Shown here one piece after another: positions 1-13,972 of a DNA stretch of 64,000 bases. The stretch covers positions 44,950,001 through 45,014,000 of the forward strand of contig OX597819.1 of NCBI GenBank assembly GCA_951406725.2. Reading direction: 5' to 3'. This DNA comes from Octopus vulgaris. Lineage: Eukaryota. Both the position numbers and the translations under genes were made by a program. How positions within the stretch are numbered: position 1 is the stretch's first letter; the number at the start of each line of letters is the position of its first letter. The notes under the pieces were generated by a model, which saw only the letters and a program-made list of their open reading frames with translations, ran no database searches and was not told the DNA's origin.

Positions 1-112
1 TATTTACACGCACCCATGGAAAAAAAGCATAAGCAAGTGTCATGTGTACACATAAGAGTTACGTGTACTCATGATTCTTGCTTATGCTTTTTTCCATGGG
101 TGCGTGTAAGTA
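1..112. repeat. Near-perfect inverted repeat/hairpin, probably the inverted end of a Penelope-like element
   Basis: 1-51 (tatttacacgcacccatggaaaaaaagcataagcaag...gtacac) is reverse-complementary to 63-112. It lies just upstream of a hammerhead motif and may extend beyond the window start. Confidence 0.85.
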
Positions 113-138
113 TTTAATTCATTTCTTATCGTATTTAT

Positions 139-196
139 TTTCTACTGAAGAGGGAAGAATCCATAGGATTAATCCGAAATTGATTCAATATAGAAA
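139..196 (+). ncRNA. Type I hammerhead ribozyme motif (canonical core)
   Basis: Stem I TTTCTA/TAGAAA; core CTGAAGA (145-151); stem II GGA..AATCC-ATA-GGATT..TCC; GAAA (176-179); near-palindromic stem III A-TTGA-T-TCAA-T; predicted AUA cleavage after 190. Confidence 0.75.
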
Positions 197-374
197 TAAC
201 GAACTTTAAAAAAAAAAAATTCTGTTGGCTAGCTTTCCTCGATTTCAGCACGATGTGTATTTATAGTGAATATATAAGGAAATGTGGAAATTGACGATTT
301 AAATTCTGTTCTCAGCATATTGGCATAGAAATAATTTTACTTTTGCCCTTATTTATAAGTTATATATATACATA

Positions 375-1637
375 TACATGGTATGGTGAATAGATTGTCG
401 TATAAATTACGCAAAAATGAAACTAACACTGACATCTCATTTTGACAGATATATGTACCAAATTTACATAAAAATTTCTTAAAATACCAAAGAATAAATT
501 TGTTCAATAAAATCGCCATTGATTTCAACCACGGCCTCCAGACGCCTTCAGAATCTCCTGACACTCTTCTGGACGTGCTGCTTGTTTAAGTTGATGAATA
601 CTGTCATAAACCTTGCCTTCAGTTCATCTTTGGTGTTACAAGCAGTTTTGTTGGTCTCCTACTCAACTGCGCTCCACGCATAATAATCAAGAGTGTTGCA
701 GTCTGAGGTGTTAGATGGTGATGCGGTCGCACAAACTGTCTGACAGCCATGACTGGGCTCTGCTGCTTGTGTGGCATGGTACAAATTCCTATTTCCAGAC
801 ATAGAGTCTTCCTGCAACCACCTTCTTGACCCAGGGCAGCACTACCTCCTCCAGGCCCTTAATGTGAGCCTCCGTGTTGAGTCTGAGGTCGTGTGGGAAG
901 ATTAATGGAGACATAACATCACCATCGCTAGTGATCACTCCAAACACTATGATGTTAACTGGATATTTGATTTTTCTCAGTCTTAGTGCATATTCTGGAG
1001 ACACAGCAAGCCAAAGGTTGTTCTGTTTGTTCACGATGTGATCCTGGCAGAAATATTTCTCGTCTTAGAAACATCAAAGCATGTTCGATTGGAGGGGATG
1101 GAGGATGCTTCAGTTCGTTCAAAAGTTTCGTAGCACGGTCTTTTCTCTTGTCCTTGATGACTTGGGATAAAAATTGTCCCTACCCATCTTGTATGAGGAA
1201 TACCGAATGTCTCCATACACTACCTGCCTAATAAGAATCTCACACACTCTCATAGCCCTGGCGATGAACCTGATTGACATGGAAGGATCGTTGTCAATCA
1301 TGCCCTTAATTTTTTTGTCAGAACGATCACTGAGATTTTCGAGGTGCCGTACCTTCGTAATCACCATTAGACTCATCCAACTCATTCCCAATCCTCTGCA
1401 CTCTCCTCAGACTGACACGCAGTCACTCTGAAATGTTTGTATTGGAGCTTCTGACGTGAATACCAAGCAGTACAGCATGTCGTATCCAATTTGTTTGGCA
1501 GAATGAATTGCGTCATGGTGCTGTTTTTCTCACAGACGCTGCCCAACTGACCGTACTATAGTGTGTAGTCGACAAAATCAAACACAAACAATGTGCATGC
1601 TCGAAAATTCAGAAAATGAAATGGTGATATCACACTC

Positions 1638-1640
<3 letters not shown>
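375..1640 (-). mobile_element. Degenerate Tc1/mariner (maT/DD37D-type) DNA transposon
   Basis: Minus-strand peptides IDNDPSMSIRFIARAM, NNLWLA..IIVFGVITSDG..VLPWV, W..EFVPCHTS and PSNTSDCNTLDYYAWSAVE*ETNK, with stops and frameshifts. Confidence 0.85.
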
Positions 1641-1675
<35 letters not shown>

Positions 1676-1678
<3 letters not shown>

Positions 1679-1846
1679 GGGGAAGGAGGATGCTTCAGTT
1701 CGTTCAAAAGTTTCGTAGCACGGTCTTTTCTCTTGTCCTTGATGGCTTGGGATAAACATTATCCCTATCCATCTTGTATGAGGAATACTGAATGTCTCCA
1801 TACACTACCTGCCTGATAAGAATCTCACACACTCCCATATCCCTGG
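1676..1846 (-). mobile_element. Direct duplication of an internal segment (about 1090-1261) of the adjacent mariner
   Basis: Near-identical sequence tggagggga.ggaggatgcttcagttcg...aatctcacacactc occurs at both places. Confidence 0.85.
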
Positions 1847-3679
1847 GATGTATGTACATCAATGAATACATAAGTGTGTGCACGCGTGTTTGTGCGCTTT
1901 TTATTTCATATATGTGTATATTAGTATGTGAGTATATACACGCATGCACACACACACATGTATATATATATGGGGGGGGGGGAATAGAGAGACACATAGA
2001 TAGATAGATGGATATACAGGTAATGTATATTTGTATTTTTTTCAATGAAACAACACATGCTCGCTCGAGAAAAGTGTGTTAACATTTTAATGTGACTTAA
2101 CCTAGGCACGTAAATATTTTAAGTTTATCGTATATGTACACATAACAGAAGATTTCGTAACCTTGCTTGACTGAACTAGAGTGCACACACATCCTGTCCT
2201 GGAAAAATCTCATGGAAGAACTTACTGCAGTTTTGAACACATGTCATTCTTTAACTTTTATTCGTTCTGAATTGTTTTTCTGTTGATATATGTATTTGTA
2301 TATCTTAGCATTAATAACCCAGTTACAGATGTACGAATATGGTAAATGATATTCTTTTATTCATATTCATATGAAATACAATAACACAGATAGTGTTCTC
2401 AACAAAGGAAGTAACTATCGGAAATATGTAAGAGAGGTTATGTTATACTCATAAGTGTAAGCGGGATGGAAAATACTGTGAGAAAACCCTATCTGATAGT
2501 GTCAAAAACGTTGTTTTAGAGACATAAAATAGAGCGTTCGAAATCTCCAATTGTAAAAGTCGTATGAAAACCTTAATATGGTAATAAAAATTAATAAAAT
2601 TAGATTTATAAAGAATTTTCTAGACTGTGTAGATTTTAACAATTGCTTTCATTAGTAAATATTGTATACTCCACATCCATTAAAAAGCATTATTATAGTA
2701 TAGACTTCACATGTATAGAGATTTTGTGAACAAATTGAAATCGGACATTTATACAATATGTTCATTTAATTTTGTAGCACTATGAACTCTTGCGTTTGGT
2801 TTTTATATTTTTATATATATTTATTCATTCTTTATGTTAACATTAATTATTTATAAATTAATATCTAACTATATATTTCTGACATTTCAACAGCTAATTT
2901 CGAATTATTTTACCGTTTAAGTACATTATACTAGCTGAATATATATGTAAATATGTACATAAAAATATACATAAATGCAGATAACTAATATTGATCCTCG
3001 GCGTATTTGTCACTTCCCATGTTTTCGACGTTCGAATATACATTCGATTATTTAATTTCGTGTATTGCTCACAGAAAACCCTAATTAAAATTTCTATTCC
3101 TTTACATATGTACATAGGGCACTGCTGCTGCTTCCTGAAATGCCTTGTCTACCATTCTGCATATATACCCTGCTTTCTTCTCTTTTTCTTTACCATACTA
3201 ATTAATATTATTTCCGTAAAGAACTGACATTCTTTTACACTAACATACACAGACAAATACAGAACTACTCTCACTTTCTCCTTCTCTGTCAGAGAAAAAG
3301 GTGACAATACCTTGTGAGTTAAGCAATATTCTTATTGCTGTTTGTGTGTGTGTGTCCACACACACACACACACACACATAAAGACACATACACATGAATG
3401 CATGTATGTATGTATTTACGGATGTGTGTATGTGTATGTATGTTTGTTGGTTATTCTATTGCATTTTAACATTTCTTGCCAATAGAGAAAGAGTCGCTTT
3501 CTAAAATTTATCCAAGACTACTTCATTGGAATTTCAACAAAATCCACAAGGTATTTGTGCATGTATATATGTATGTATGCAGTACTTGGAGTCAGTGCAT
3601 ATGCAGACTTGTATGTTTTGTTTTACGCATGTATTCTCATGCATATAGCTGCATGTCGACGCATGCGCGTATATGCTTA

Positions 3680-4740
3680 AATACTAAACTTGTGGAAAGT
3701 TTCACAAACTTACATAATTCCATTGATAACTGGAATCTGTTAATACTCGAATTAACATTCTCGTCTCTGATTTTACGAAGTCTGATTTCTCGAGTTTGGC
3801 TTAGTAGTTTTCTTCCATACTGATCTGTAGTTTTGTGTTGATATCTGCTGGGGAGTTGATTTCCACCACTGTACAAACTTCCTTTTTTTCTGTTTCAAAT
3901 CACTACACCCAGACTTTTATGTTTACATTTTATTGAGATTTTCACTGAAACATTCCTTCAGTACTCTCTAATATTATGAGCAGTTATAGCCTCTATCATA
4001 CTGTGGGTTCTTATCTCTTTGGCCTCGAGATTATCCTTCTGACGAATTTCATTTTACAATGTCTTGGCTACAATATCATACCTCATTTGTAGATAAAACC
4101 ATGATGATAGTTTTGGACAAGTGCTTAAGCTATGATTGATATCTTCGCTGTTAATTCCATAAAGATTGCATCTGTGATCAGATTTTGGCGTTTGTCTGCA
4201 TGTCTGTCCCTTTTGTGTACCAGATATTCGGTTGCTGCCTCTTGTTCCTGGATTGCAAGCGCATAACATTCAGAGAAAGACTCAGTAATCCGGTTGTTGA
4301 TCCATGGTAGACTGCTTTTATTATCAATGTTACTGTCATCCTGAAACTTTCTGCTAACATATCCATGTATGGTCTTATAACTGATATGCATTCATCCTTT
4401 CATTTGTTGATACATTGCGCTAGAGTCATGCGACCTCTCTGGGCATGTATTCAAGGTTTATCAGACCTGGAAAGTTGCTCGAAGAGCTGCTTCCCAAGTT
4501 TTCTCAAGTTATCTGTGTATGCATACTTGGTCAAGAGATGCACTTGAATACCTGTTGATTAAAGGATATTACGTAAGGGACAAAACAAGGCGTTCAAAAA
4601 CATTCTGGGTTGATGTGAAGCCTATGTTTTCTTGTTTTTGTTTTAGGTAGATGCAGTTTTCATCTTTGTTGATGTGAAAATTATACTAGTCAGTGTCATC
4701 CGGGTTTTCATTTCAATGCCTCAGAGAGAAAGAAGAGGTT
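3680..4740 (-). mobile_element. Degenerate non-LTR retrotransposon (R4/Dong-like, REL endonuclease clade), C-terminal half
   Basis: Peptides ECYALAIQEQEAAT and CNLYG..EDINHSLSTCPKLS..YLQMRYDIVAK (CCHC knuckle region), followed by a decayed endonuclease. Confidence 0.7.
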
Positions 4741-4949
4741 TATAAACTAAAGCCAAGGCTTCTTCATTGGGTATTTTTGTATGTATGAATGCATATATAT
4801 ATGTACGTATGCATACATATATGTATGTATGTATGTAGATACGTACATAACATAAATACATACGTATGTACGTATGTCTTTATGTATGTATATATGTATC
4901 ATTGCCGTGATTATCTACCCCGGGAATGATTTATTAAATAGCCTTGAAA

Positions 4950-5340
4950 GCGCGTTTGCAATCCTTGGCACGTCGACAAAGAATGAGAAGTGTACAGTAT
5001 TCAGTTTGAAGAGTATTTACTTATTTGTCATGTCTTAGCGTAACTTCTTTAGGAGAGATACATTCAATGATGGAAGGCATAAAACTTCCACTAGCGAAAT
5101 TTTAGCAAGAGACTATAGAGCCTAACGTCTATATTAGTATATGAGGGAGGCAATTCTTTCGAGATTAACTATGAGTTAAATGAGTGGACGTCATTTGATT
5201 TAAAGATTACACATGTGGGTTATATCACAACTGAAAGGTGTACCAGGTAATCCCAAAAGTCGGTCCGCTTGGTATCGTCTGGCAGAGTTCATCCATATCA
5301 TAGCTTGAAGGAAATCAATCTTTCCAGATTGAGACAAACA
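4950..5340 (-). mobile_element. Highly decayed CR1/L2-like LINE C-terminal fragment
   Basis: Frameshifted remnants resembling QVRPTLEY and RIASL.YR, read by eye. Confidence 0.35.
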
Positions 5341-5799
5341 AAGTATTGTTGACATCGAATACGAAAGAATGAAAGATGTAGTTTAACCTAACAATATTTG
5401 GAATTAGAACAAAGAGAGTGGCAGTGAATATTACAAGACTCTCTAACCAATGCTACGAAGAAATTGTCTATACACACACACATAACATAAACAGGCACAA
5501 ATATACACAAACATATATATTCATATACATAGACACGTATTCATTTGTGTGCGTACGTGTGAGTTGCTTGTGCGCGGATATATATATATGTATACACATA
5601 CATACCCCCATACACACATGCAAGCATACATATATGCCTGCATATATAAATATATATATATACATATGTACGTATATTCATATACATACATACATATATA
5701 TATATATATAATATATAATGTATAATATATAGATATATATGTTTGTGTGTGTGTGTGTATACAATGAAGCATTTAGAAATGTAGTAAACGAGAGATAAA

Positions 5800-6185
5800 A
5801 GAACAGAATCAGCAGGGGAGCCGGACCACGCCCTCCAAACTAACTATCATATAACTAGTTGTAACAACTGATCTCTGGAGCGAAGTCAATGTAGGAACAA
5901 CAAAAATGAATATGTTTTGGTTGGATATACTTGGCAATCCGGTCTTCTCCCGTATCACATTGTTATTGCAGACAATGTAGCAACTACTTCACGGCCAGTA
6001 AAAGTGGGCTTTCCCAATTTAGCCTTTATTAATGCCCAGTAATAATAAAATATATTACAGTATAATCTATTCCGTTACGATGCTTGTAATTTGCTAACAT
6101 GGTTCACTGGCAAGTAATAGATGTGTGGTTCAGCTTCTATCGTGACATCTCGTCTACTTCGCGTTGCAAGCCGAAGTTCAGAGGT
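5800..6185 (-). mobile_element. Decayed RTE-like LINE fragment
   Basis: Remnant NNVIREKTGLPSIS resembles the RTE N..V....LPSI motif. Confidence 0.3.
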
Positions 6186-6439
6186 CATAAGTATATATAT
6201 ATATACACACACAAAATACAGACGTAGAAATGTATGTGTGTATATATATATATATAAATCATATCAGTAAAAATCTTTGAAATATATGCGTACTTAAAAA
6301 TAGATAGGCTTACAGACATACGCGCATTTATATATGCGTGTATGTGTGTGTTTGTGTCTCTGTATGTATATGTATGTACCATGTCTACGTATATATGTAT
6401 ATATATATATATGTATATATATCCATATACATGCATGCA

Positions 6440-6534
<95 letters not shown>

Positions 6535-6538
6535 GCAT

Positions 6539-6583
<45 letters not shown>

Positions 6584-6763
6584 ATTATAAAGAGGTTATT
6601 ATGACTATTATATTTATCCTCTTGATAATAAATTCAAGTCGTTGTTTTTGTTATTTGTGTTTTCTTCACGTTTATTAAATAAAAGTGACATATATGTATG
6701 TGTACATATAATGTATGTATGTACGTATGTATGCCTATACATATACATATTCGTATATACATG

Positions 6764-6815
<52 letters not shown>

Positions 6816-7324
6816 TGTGTGTGTGTGTGTGTGTATGTATACATATATAAGCACACACATATACATATATACATATGATGTATACATACATATTTACGCT
6901 TACACATACACACATAGGTTATATACCTATACATTTTTATTATCATCATTTTTAAAGTTGCTGCTTCTATCTATTGTTGTTGGCGTTGTTGTTCCGTTGG
7001 TTATGATTCCTGTATGTCTTTGACTATATACGACAATAAAACTTTATTATGTTGGAGAGAAAGGAAAGTGTTTATTGTTTTGATTTGTTTTGTTGTTTTT
7101 TTCATATTCTTTCTTTGTTGTTATTGTTGCTGCACCTATTGTTGTTCATGAGCTTGTTATTGTTGTTGTTGTTGTTGTTATTCCTCTTATTGTTATCATA
7201 TATCATGACGTTAACCATTTAGAAAGGCGACGGGAATGGTAGGTGTGGATTTCGGTTGCGTATTCTTTACGCAAATTACTTTTTATATCGAGTGAGAAGT
7301 GTTTGTTACATATGTTTTTATTAT

Positions 7325-7346
7325 AGTATTAATATTATTACTATTG

Positions 7347-7435
<89 letters not shown>

Positions 7436-7463
7436 ATTGTTATTATTATTAAAATTATTATTA

Positions 7464-7528
<65 letters not shown>

Positions 7529-7798
7529 GTTTTTGTTGTTGTTGGTGTTATTTTCAATGATATTAATATTAATAATATTAATAATAATGCCGATGATGAT
7601 GGTGCTGATGATGATAATTACTACAAGACTAAGAACGACAACGAGACTCGTGGTAATTTTTTTTTTTTGTAAATATTTGTTTTGTTTTCATTTTGCTACT
7701 GCTTATTCTTATTCTTATTCTTGTTGTTACTTCTGTTATTCCCAGCATTGTTGGCGTCCAAACATCAGCATCAGCATCGCTATTATTGTTGTTGTTGA

Positions 7799-7833
<35 letters not shown>

Positions 7834-8063
7834 GATGTTGTTGTTGTTATTCAAAGTTTATTCAGTTCTAACCGCTAAACGGAGGTTAAATATTTCTTTG
7901 ATGGCTTCATTTCAAAGGCCTTTCTTAATGACTCTCACAGATCTACGAAGTGGATATATTTTCAATATTATTAATTGTTATTATTAATTGTTAATTATTA
8001 TCAACATTATTATCCTCATCATTGTTATTATTATTATTATTATTATTGTTATTATTATTATTA

Positions 8064-8095
<32 letters not shown>

Positions 8096-8123
8096 GTTAT
8101 TATTATCATTATTATTATTGTTG

Positions 8124-8158
<35 letters not shown>

Positions 8159-8200
8159 GTTAATAATAATGATAATAATAATAATAACAATAATAATATT
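7325..8200. repeat. Cluster of (ATT)n/(GTT)n trinucleotide microsatellites
   Basis: Long ATT runs at about 7345-7530, 7800-7833 and 8020-8160; these produce the poly-I/L/Y ORFs. Confidence 0.95.
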
Positions 8201-8842
8201 TCCATCATAATTATTACTACTCTTCTTACTCTCTTGTAAATATTGCAATATTTAGATTGAATTATACTTCACTCTTAAAGTGACATTGAATTTCGCGAGC
8301 GCCATATTGACGTTTATATCTGAGAACTAATTCGTTTGTATTATTAACACAGTCACTTAATGGTTAATTAATAATTTTAATACTTCCTTATTGTTTAACA
8401 CTATTAACACTATATCCGTACATAATGTAACAGCTGCCTATCATTGATACCGGTTTATGCCTGTTATTATTTATAAATTTCAAGTGCCGATAACCCATGT
8501 CAGATTGGTTGTTTGTTTCTCTGCATCTCTATATATCTAACAGACTTTCTGTTTACCTTTACATCCGTAATTATAAACTGTGTAGCATGCACGTATTCAT
8601 TATTTCCAACAGTAAGTATCTTCGTGTCCGTGAGTCTGCCTTTTCATTGTGCTCTTCTATTCCAATATAATGGTTCAGCTGTTTGTATCATTCATCTCAT
8701 TCCTCTATTTACCTTTTTTCATCAACGTATGGATGCTGGATGTATGAATGAATCGACCTTACATGTATGTATATAAAACGATGCATGTATATAAATGGGC
8801 CTCTGTTTGTGTGCGTGTGTGTATATGTTTGTGTGTTTGTGT

Positions 8843-9008
8843 TTGACAACTGATGCTGGTGTCTTTACGTCCCCGTAACTTAGCGGTTCGGCAAAAGTGA
8901 CCTATAGAATAAGTACCAGGCTTACAAAGAATAAGTGTGGGTGTTGATTTGCTCGACTAAAGCCTGTTCTCCAGCATGGCCGCAGTCAACTGACTGAAAC
9001 AAGTAAAA
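8843..9008 (+). mobile_element. SINE family B, 3' half
   Basis: tgacaactgatgctggtg..ttacgtccccgtaacttagcggttcggcaaaag..ccagcatggccgcagtc..tgactgaaacaagtaaaa; same as copies at 33855, 48968, 51630 and 19690 (minus). Confidence 0.85.
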
Positions 9009-9031
9009 GTATGTATACATATATATACATA

Positions 9032-9103
<72 letters not shown>

Positions 9104-9519
9104 GCACACACACACATGTATATAAGTATATATATGTGTGTGTCTGTATACATGTTCATAAATATATATCTCATTATATACATGATCGTGTTCAAGTTTT
9201 ATCTTCATTTGTTTTTAGATTTTTCTTGTTAATAGGTTTATATACCTAGTTTGGACCTAGTTAATTAATAACGTTGTTAATTAATATTTGCTTCCTGACT
9301 TTCACAGTCTCGGTTCCAGAATTGAATACACTAGATGTCTCTCTTTGTTGAATTCTATGTTGAAATCTATGTTGAATTCCCAACCGAATTTCTTTTGGAG
9401 AATTTGGCTCATTCTTCATTAGTGATGCGTTGATCTGCTTGCGCTAGTCATATCTTTTGCCGTTAGGTTTCATGTCTGAGCTATTTTTGTTCTTGTGTGT
9501 GTTTGCCTCTTTGTTTTTA

Positions 9520-9790
9520 TTAGCAATTGCGATATCAGTTTGGATTCCATGATTAATCTTCTATTTTTTAGAGGAATTCTATAAAGTATGTAAGTAATAT
9601 TCCCTCGTATCTCTGTACCCAACATGGTTTTGTGGTGCGTGCGATAGGGTGCTACGCTAGCTCCTTGATGTAAATGCGTGATAAGCCAAAGAGTGAGTTG
9701 TACTGGTATGTCCAGTGTAACAGCTGTAGTCTTGAAGTTTGCAACTTTCAGATTTATTTTATTTTATAGATGTTATTGCACTCTCAACCA
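9520..9790 (-). mobile_element. Penelope-like element GIY-YIG endonuclease remnant
   Basis: Minus-strand NIYKIK..SESCKLQDYSCYTGHTSTT..HLHQGA..KNRRLIMESKLI with frameshifts; matches the GIY/YIG motifs and the catalytic Glu region. Confidence 0.65.
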
Positions 9791-10049
9791 CCTGATTACT
9801 AAATGAGTTTATTAGTTGGCTGATAATAATAGCAGATAATAAATGCATGTTAAGTATTGCCAAAATTATCCATCCAAATTAATGAAATAACATCTGTTTC
9901 TGCAGATGCTTTCATTATTTTTGCAAAACAAATAGAAAATATTGCGCGTCTATGTAATGGATGAGTGTGCGTATTTATATATATATATATGTTTGTGTGT
10001 GTGCACGTACGTATGTGCGCGTTTGTATGTATGTATGTATGTATGTATG

Positions 10050-10096
<47 letters not shown>

Positions 10097-10519
10097 GTGT
10101 ATGTATGCATACATTTGTTTGACCTCATTACATTTTGGGTTCAAATCCCAACGGAGTCAACATCAACTTTTCGAAGTAGATAATTGAAGCACAATTTAGT
10201 AGCAGTGTTGATAGTGAGGACTTACCCTCTATCCTCAAAATTGATTCTGTTGCTCTAAATTAGAAAATAAGAGTAGATTCGTATTAAGGATGTTTATGAG
10301 CAAAAGCTTTCCGATCAGAACTATCTAATGTTTGAGACGTTTCTTGAAGTACATTAGCCTGACTCCATATAGTCTTCATTAAAATAGAAGAGATCGACTT
10401 TCTCACAACCTGGGGTGGGGGTCATGTAAACTGTGCTCCTACTTCACTGGAAGCGTTATGTTTGGTAATGCATCGCTTGCAACCATAGGTTTGTTTGATA
10501 AATATTATATTAGCAGAGA

Positions 10520-10735
10520 AGTCAGCGAATTGGCGGAATCATTATCGCGCCTGGCAGAAATGCTTATCGGTATTTCGTTTGTCTTTACTCTCAGCGTTCA
10601 CATTCCGCCGAGGTCGACTTTACTTTTTATCATTTCCGGTCGATAAAATAAGTACCAGTTGAACTCTAGAGTAAATTTAATCGATTTAACCCCTTCCCCG
10701 AACTTGCTGCCATTGTGCCAAAATTTGAAATCAAT
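10520..10735 (+). mobile_element. SINE family A (tRNA-like head plus Meta-like central domain)
   Basis: ccgccgaggtcgactttacttttatcatttccggtcgataaaataagtaccag resembles the MetaSINE domain; there are many copies in the window. Confidence 0.8.
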
Positions 10736-10853
10736 ATTATATTAAGAGGGGCCTCGCTCAAATCAACAATAATAACAACGATATATATCAAAAGCAAAAA
10801 TCATCATCTTTCTTATCAGCAGCAGTAATAGAAGCAATAGCAACAGCAGCGGT

Positions 10854-11025
10854 GTGGTTAGGGCAGCGACTGGCGGTCGTAAGAACGCGGTTTCAATTCC
10901 CGGTCCGGGCATTGTGAGTGTTTATTGAGCAAAAACACCTAAGCTCCACGAGGCTCCGGTGCAGGAGGGTGGTGAACCCCGCTGTACTCTTTCAGCACAA
11001 CTATCTCTCACACTTTATTCTTACT
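10854..11025 (+). mobile_element. SINE family C (tRNA-like head)
   Basis: gtggttagggcagcgac..cgcggtttcaattccc (A/B box-like) followed by aaaacacctaaagctccacgaggctccg; homologous to 55040-55338 and 18833-18901. Confidence 0.8.
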
Positions 11026-11308
11026 TCTACAAGAAAGACGAGGAACCATGGAGTAACCAACTATGGCGTGGTTAACTTTCAGACCCTAGTCTAGATTGCG
11101 AATCCTCTGTACCCCAGGATGGTTCAGCTCTCCACCCGTTAAAAGGCACAGTTTACGGAATGAGGATAACAACGTAGCTTTCACGCCCCTGCAACCGCCA
11201 GTCTATTGAATGTGGTGGTGGATCTTCAAGTTGCCACACGCATTCTTAGTAGCTTAGATTAGGCTCGAATTAGATTATTCTTTGTGGCTAGTGGCGTGAG
11301 TCGTGATT

Positions 11309-11459
11309 GGAAGAAGAAGAAGAAGAAAAAGAAGAAGAAGAAGAAGAAGAAGAAGAAGAAGAAGGAGAAGGAGAAGAAGAAGGAGAAGAAGAAGAAGAAG
11401 AAGAAGAAGAAGAAGAAGAAGAAGAAGAAGAAGAAGAAGAAATAGAAGAAGAAGAAGAA
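11309..11459. repeat. (GAA)n microsatellite
   Basis: About 50 GAA/GGA units. Confidence 0.95.
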
Positions 11460-12888
11460 TACAGCACCAGTTGCTGCATTAGTATTCGACTGCAGAAACC
11501 CCATTCAGTGAGGACGTATTTTCAAATTATTTGAAACAACAGAAATATTGAAAATATCTGGTGTCTCAAAGTGGAAAAAAATTACTTCTTTCTAATTACA
11601 GACATTATATTGATTCTTACTTTATGTAGGAACAAGAACAATAACATAAAAACCAGAAGCAATTAATAAGAAATACAATAATAAAAAGAACACTAGCAAC
11701 AACAATAAAAACAATACTGACAGAAACAATAGCAACATTGTCTGCAACATAGCTATTGAAATGAATTTATAGTTTAGTCTAAATCCGTGACGAGCCCATC
11801 TTTTTTTATGGCTCAGTGCACCGAAGACCATATTATCGAACGGGTTTCTTCTTTTTCCAAGACAGTAATTTGTGAATTGAAGGAAAAGTGGCTGCTCTTT
11901 CTAGCAGAGTAAGTGATCACATAAATTCTCTTTCGGTGAGTCGTTCAAACAGTAGCAACTGCAGTAGGCAATAAATGTTGTAATGGACAGATGATATCTA
12001 TTTATCAGACGTAATAGTATTTTAAATATGCAAGCGAGTGAAAAATGTGCGTGATAAATGAAAATAAAACAAGAAAAAATATATAAATAAACAAATGATA
12101 AAATGAAAACAGAAATATATATAAAAGTACACGCTACCAAACAACTAATTTTAATAGCAAAGTTTGTCGCATTTCTTTGAAATGCTGATTGAATACATTG
12201 TTCCGCATTCCACGCCTACCTCCATCCGTAGTAACCTATAGGCTCTACATTTGACCCACCTCTCAGAAGCCGTCACCTCAGTCTTTCCTTTCTTTGTAAC
12301 AATGTTAGGCTTTTTATTTCCTTTTGGTATTTATTTTATTTTATCATGGAGAAATTTTATTACAATGTATTTTAATTTATTTGTTTTTTTAAATATTTTA
12401 CTATCTTCTGAGTTCTTTTTTTATTCGCTTTTTAATTTGCGACCTTGAGTACAAGGCTTCGCATTTCGAGGGAGGTTTGTATTCGATTTAATCATCTTCT
12501 AAGAGTTTACTAGCACATATTTCACCGACCTCAGAAGAAAAAAAAAGACGAAACGTGAACTCTGAACGATTTGAACCTGGAACCAAATATGACATAACTA
12601 GGTATGACTGCGTATGTTACTGGTCACTCAATCCTTCAGACATTGCTTAGTAAAATTTAGCTTTATTGCGTCCAGGACAAAGTATCATCAGCGCATTGAA
12701 TGCTTATCCAACAATTTGGTTTCATATTCCACATTAGTCAACAATATTTTCCATTCTTCTTAGGTATTTTTTTTTGTTTGAATCCCAGCTCTCTTCAAAA
12801 CCCACCTCTCAGCAATCGTTGCGAAGATCTAATTTGTTTTGGGGAGACTTAATTTCAACGGGAGCCAATACCGTCTTTGATTATAAAT

Positions 12889-12958
<70 letters not shown>

Positions 12959-12968
12959 ACACACATAC

Positions 12969-13031
<63 letters not shown>

Positions 13032-13032
<1 letters not shown>

Positions 13033-13406
13033 TAGCAGTATCGCCCGGCGTTGCTCAGGTTTGTAAGGGAAATAACTATAAAGCATTTTTAGAGAGTTAT
13101 AGCCAAAAAATAGCAAAAAAATGATGGTAAATTTTTTTTTGAGATTTAAAAAAGGTAGAGTTGCGTCCCCTAGACAGTTTGTGGTTCGTATTCCTGATTC
13201 TCGACCCCATGTCGAATTTATCGATTTTTTTCAGAACTGGGGGAACTTTTCAAAATTTTCTCTGCGTTTGTTTTGAATTATGACATTGGGCTATGTGTGT
13301 GTCAAATTTCATCAGAATCGGTTGAAAGCCGTGGTCAGGGTGAGGGTACAAGCAAACAGACACACAGGAACACGCACAGACAAACTGCCGTTTATATAGA
13401 GAGAGA
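13032..13406 (-). mobile_element. Non-autonomous Helitron
   Basis: On the minus strand it starts TC and ends with a GC-rich hairpin plus CTAG, inserted between A and T; near-identical to 41236-41599. Confidence 0.85.
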
Positions 13407-13410
13407 TATA

Positions 13411-13972
13411 TAAATAATATTAGGGTAATAGGAATTATAGATTTTTTTTATTACCAGTGGCCTAGCGCAAAAAAAATTAGTCAATAGACTATATATTATT
13501 CATATAAAATATCGTGTACATTAAAACACATTATGAGGCTTCCATCATAGGAAAGCCTAGCGCTAGAAAGAACAGTTAGAAATTCAAACCACTAATTAGG
13601 AATAAATTCTCGACGTTTATGAAAATTAAAAACATTTACCATCTAATTTAATTCCTAGACAATGGTTTCTGACTTATTTCAGTAAAAAAGATTTACTGAG
13701 GTCAGTCATTTTCGCGCTAGGCCACTGGTAATAAAAAATTTCGATAATTCTTATTACCTTAATATTATTTATTATGTTTAAATGATTTTTGATAAATTTG
13801 TTTGAGGTTTTACCGGCATCCTCTCTGTTGCCGGAAATAGACCGCGTCTGCACGGTGGATTTCAAAAATTTGAATATAAAAACAATGACTTTACATGCGT
13901 AATCGATCTCGTTTTGTGTATATTTAAAATCTAAAGGCTACCTGCCGATGAAGAATAACCAAGTGAATCGAA
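13411..13972 (+). mobile_element. Inverted-repeat element with a degenerate hammerhead (PLE-like end)
   Basis: Arms 13411-13472 and 13709-13771 are reverse complements; CCGATGA-A-GAATAAC-CAA-GTGAATC-GAA at 13945-13972. Confidence 0.5.

Noticed and set aside
2490-2560. Hairpin followed by CGAAA resembling a hammerhead 3' half
   Set aside because: There is no recognisable 5' core and no stem I pairing.
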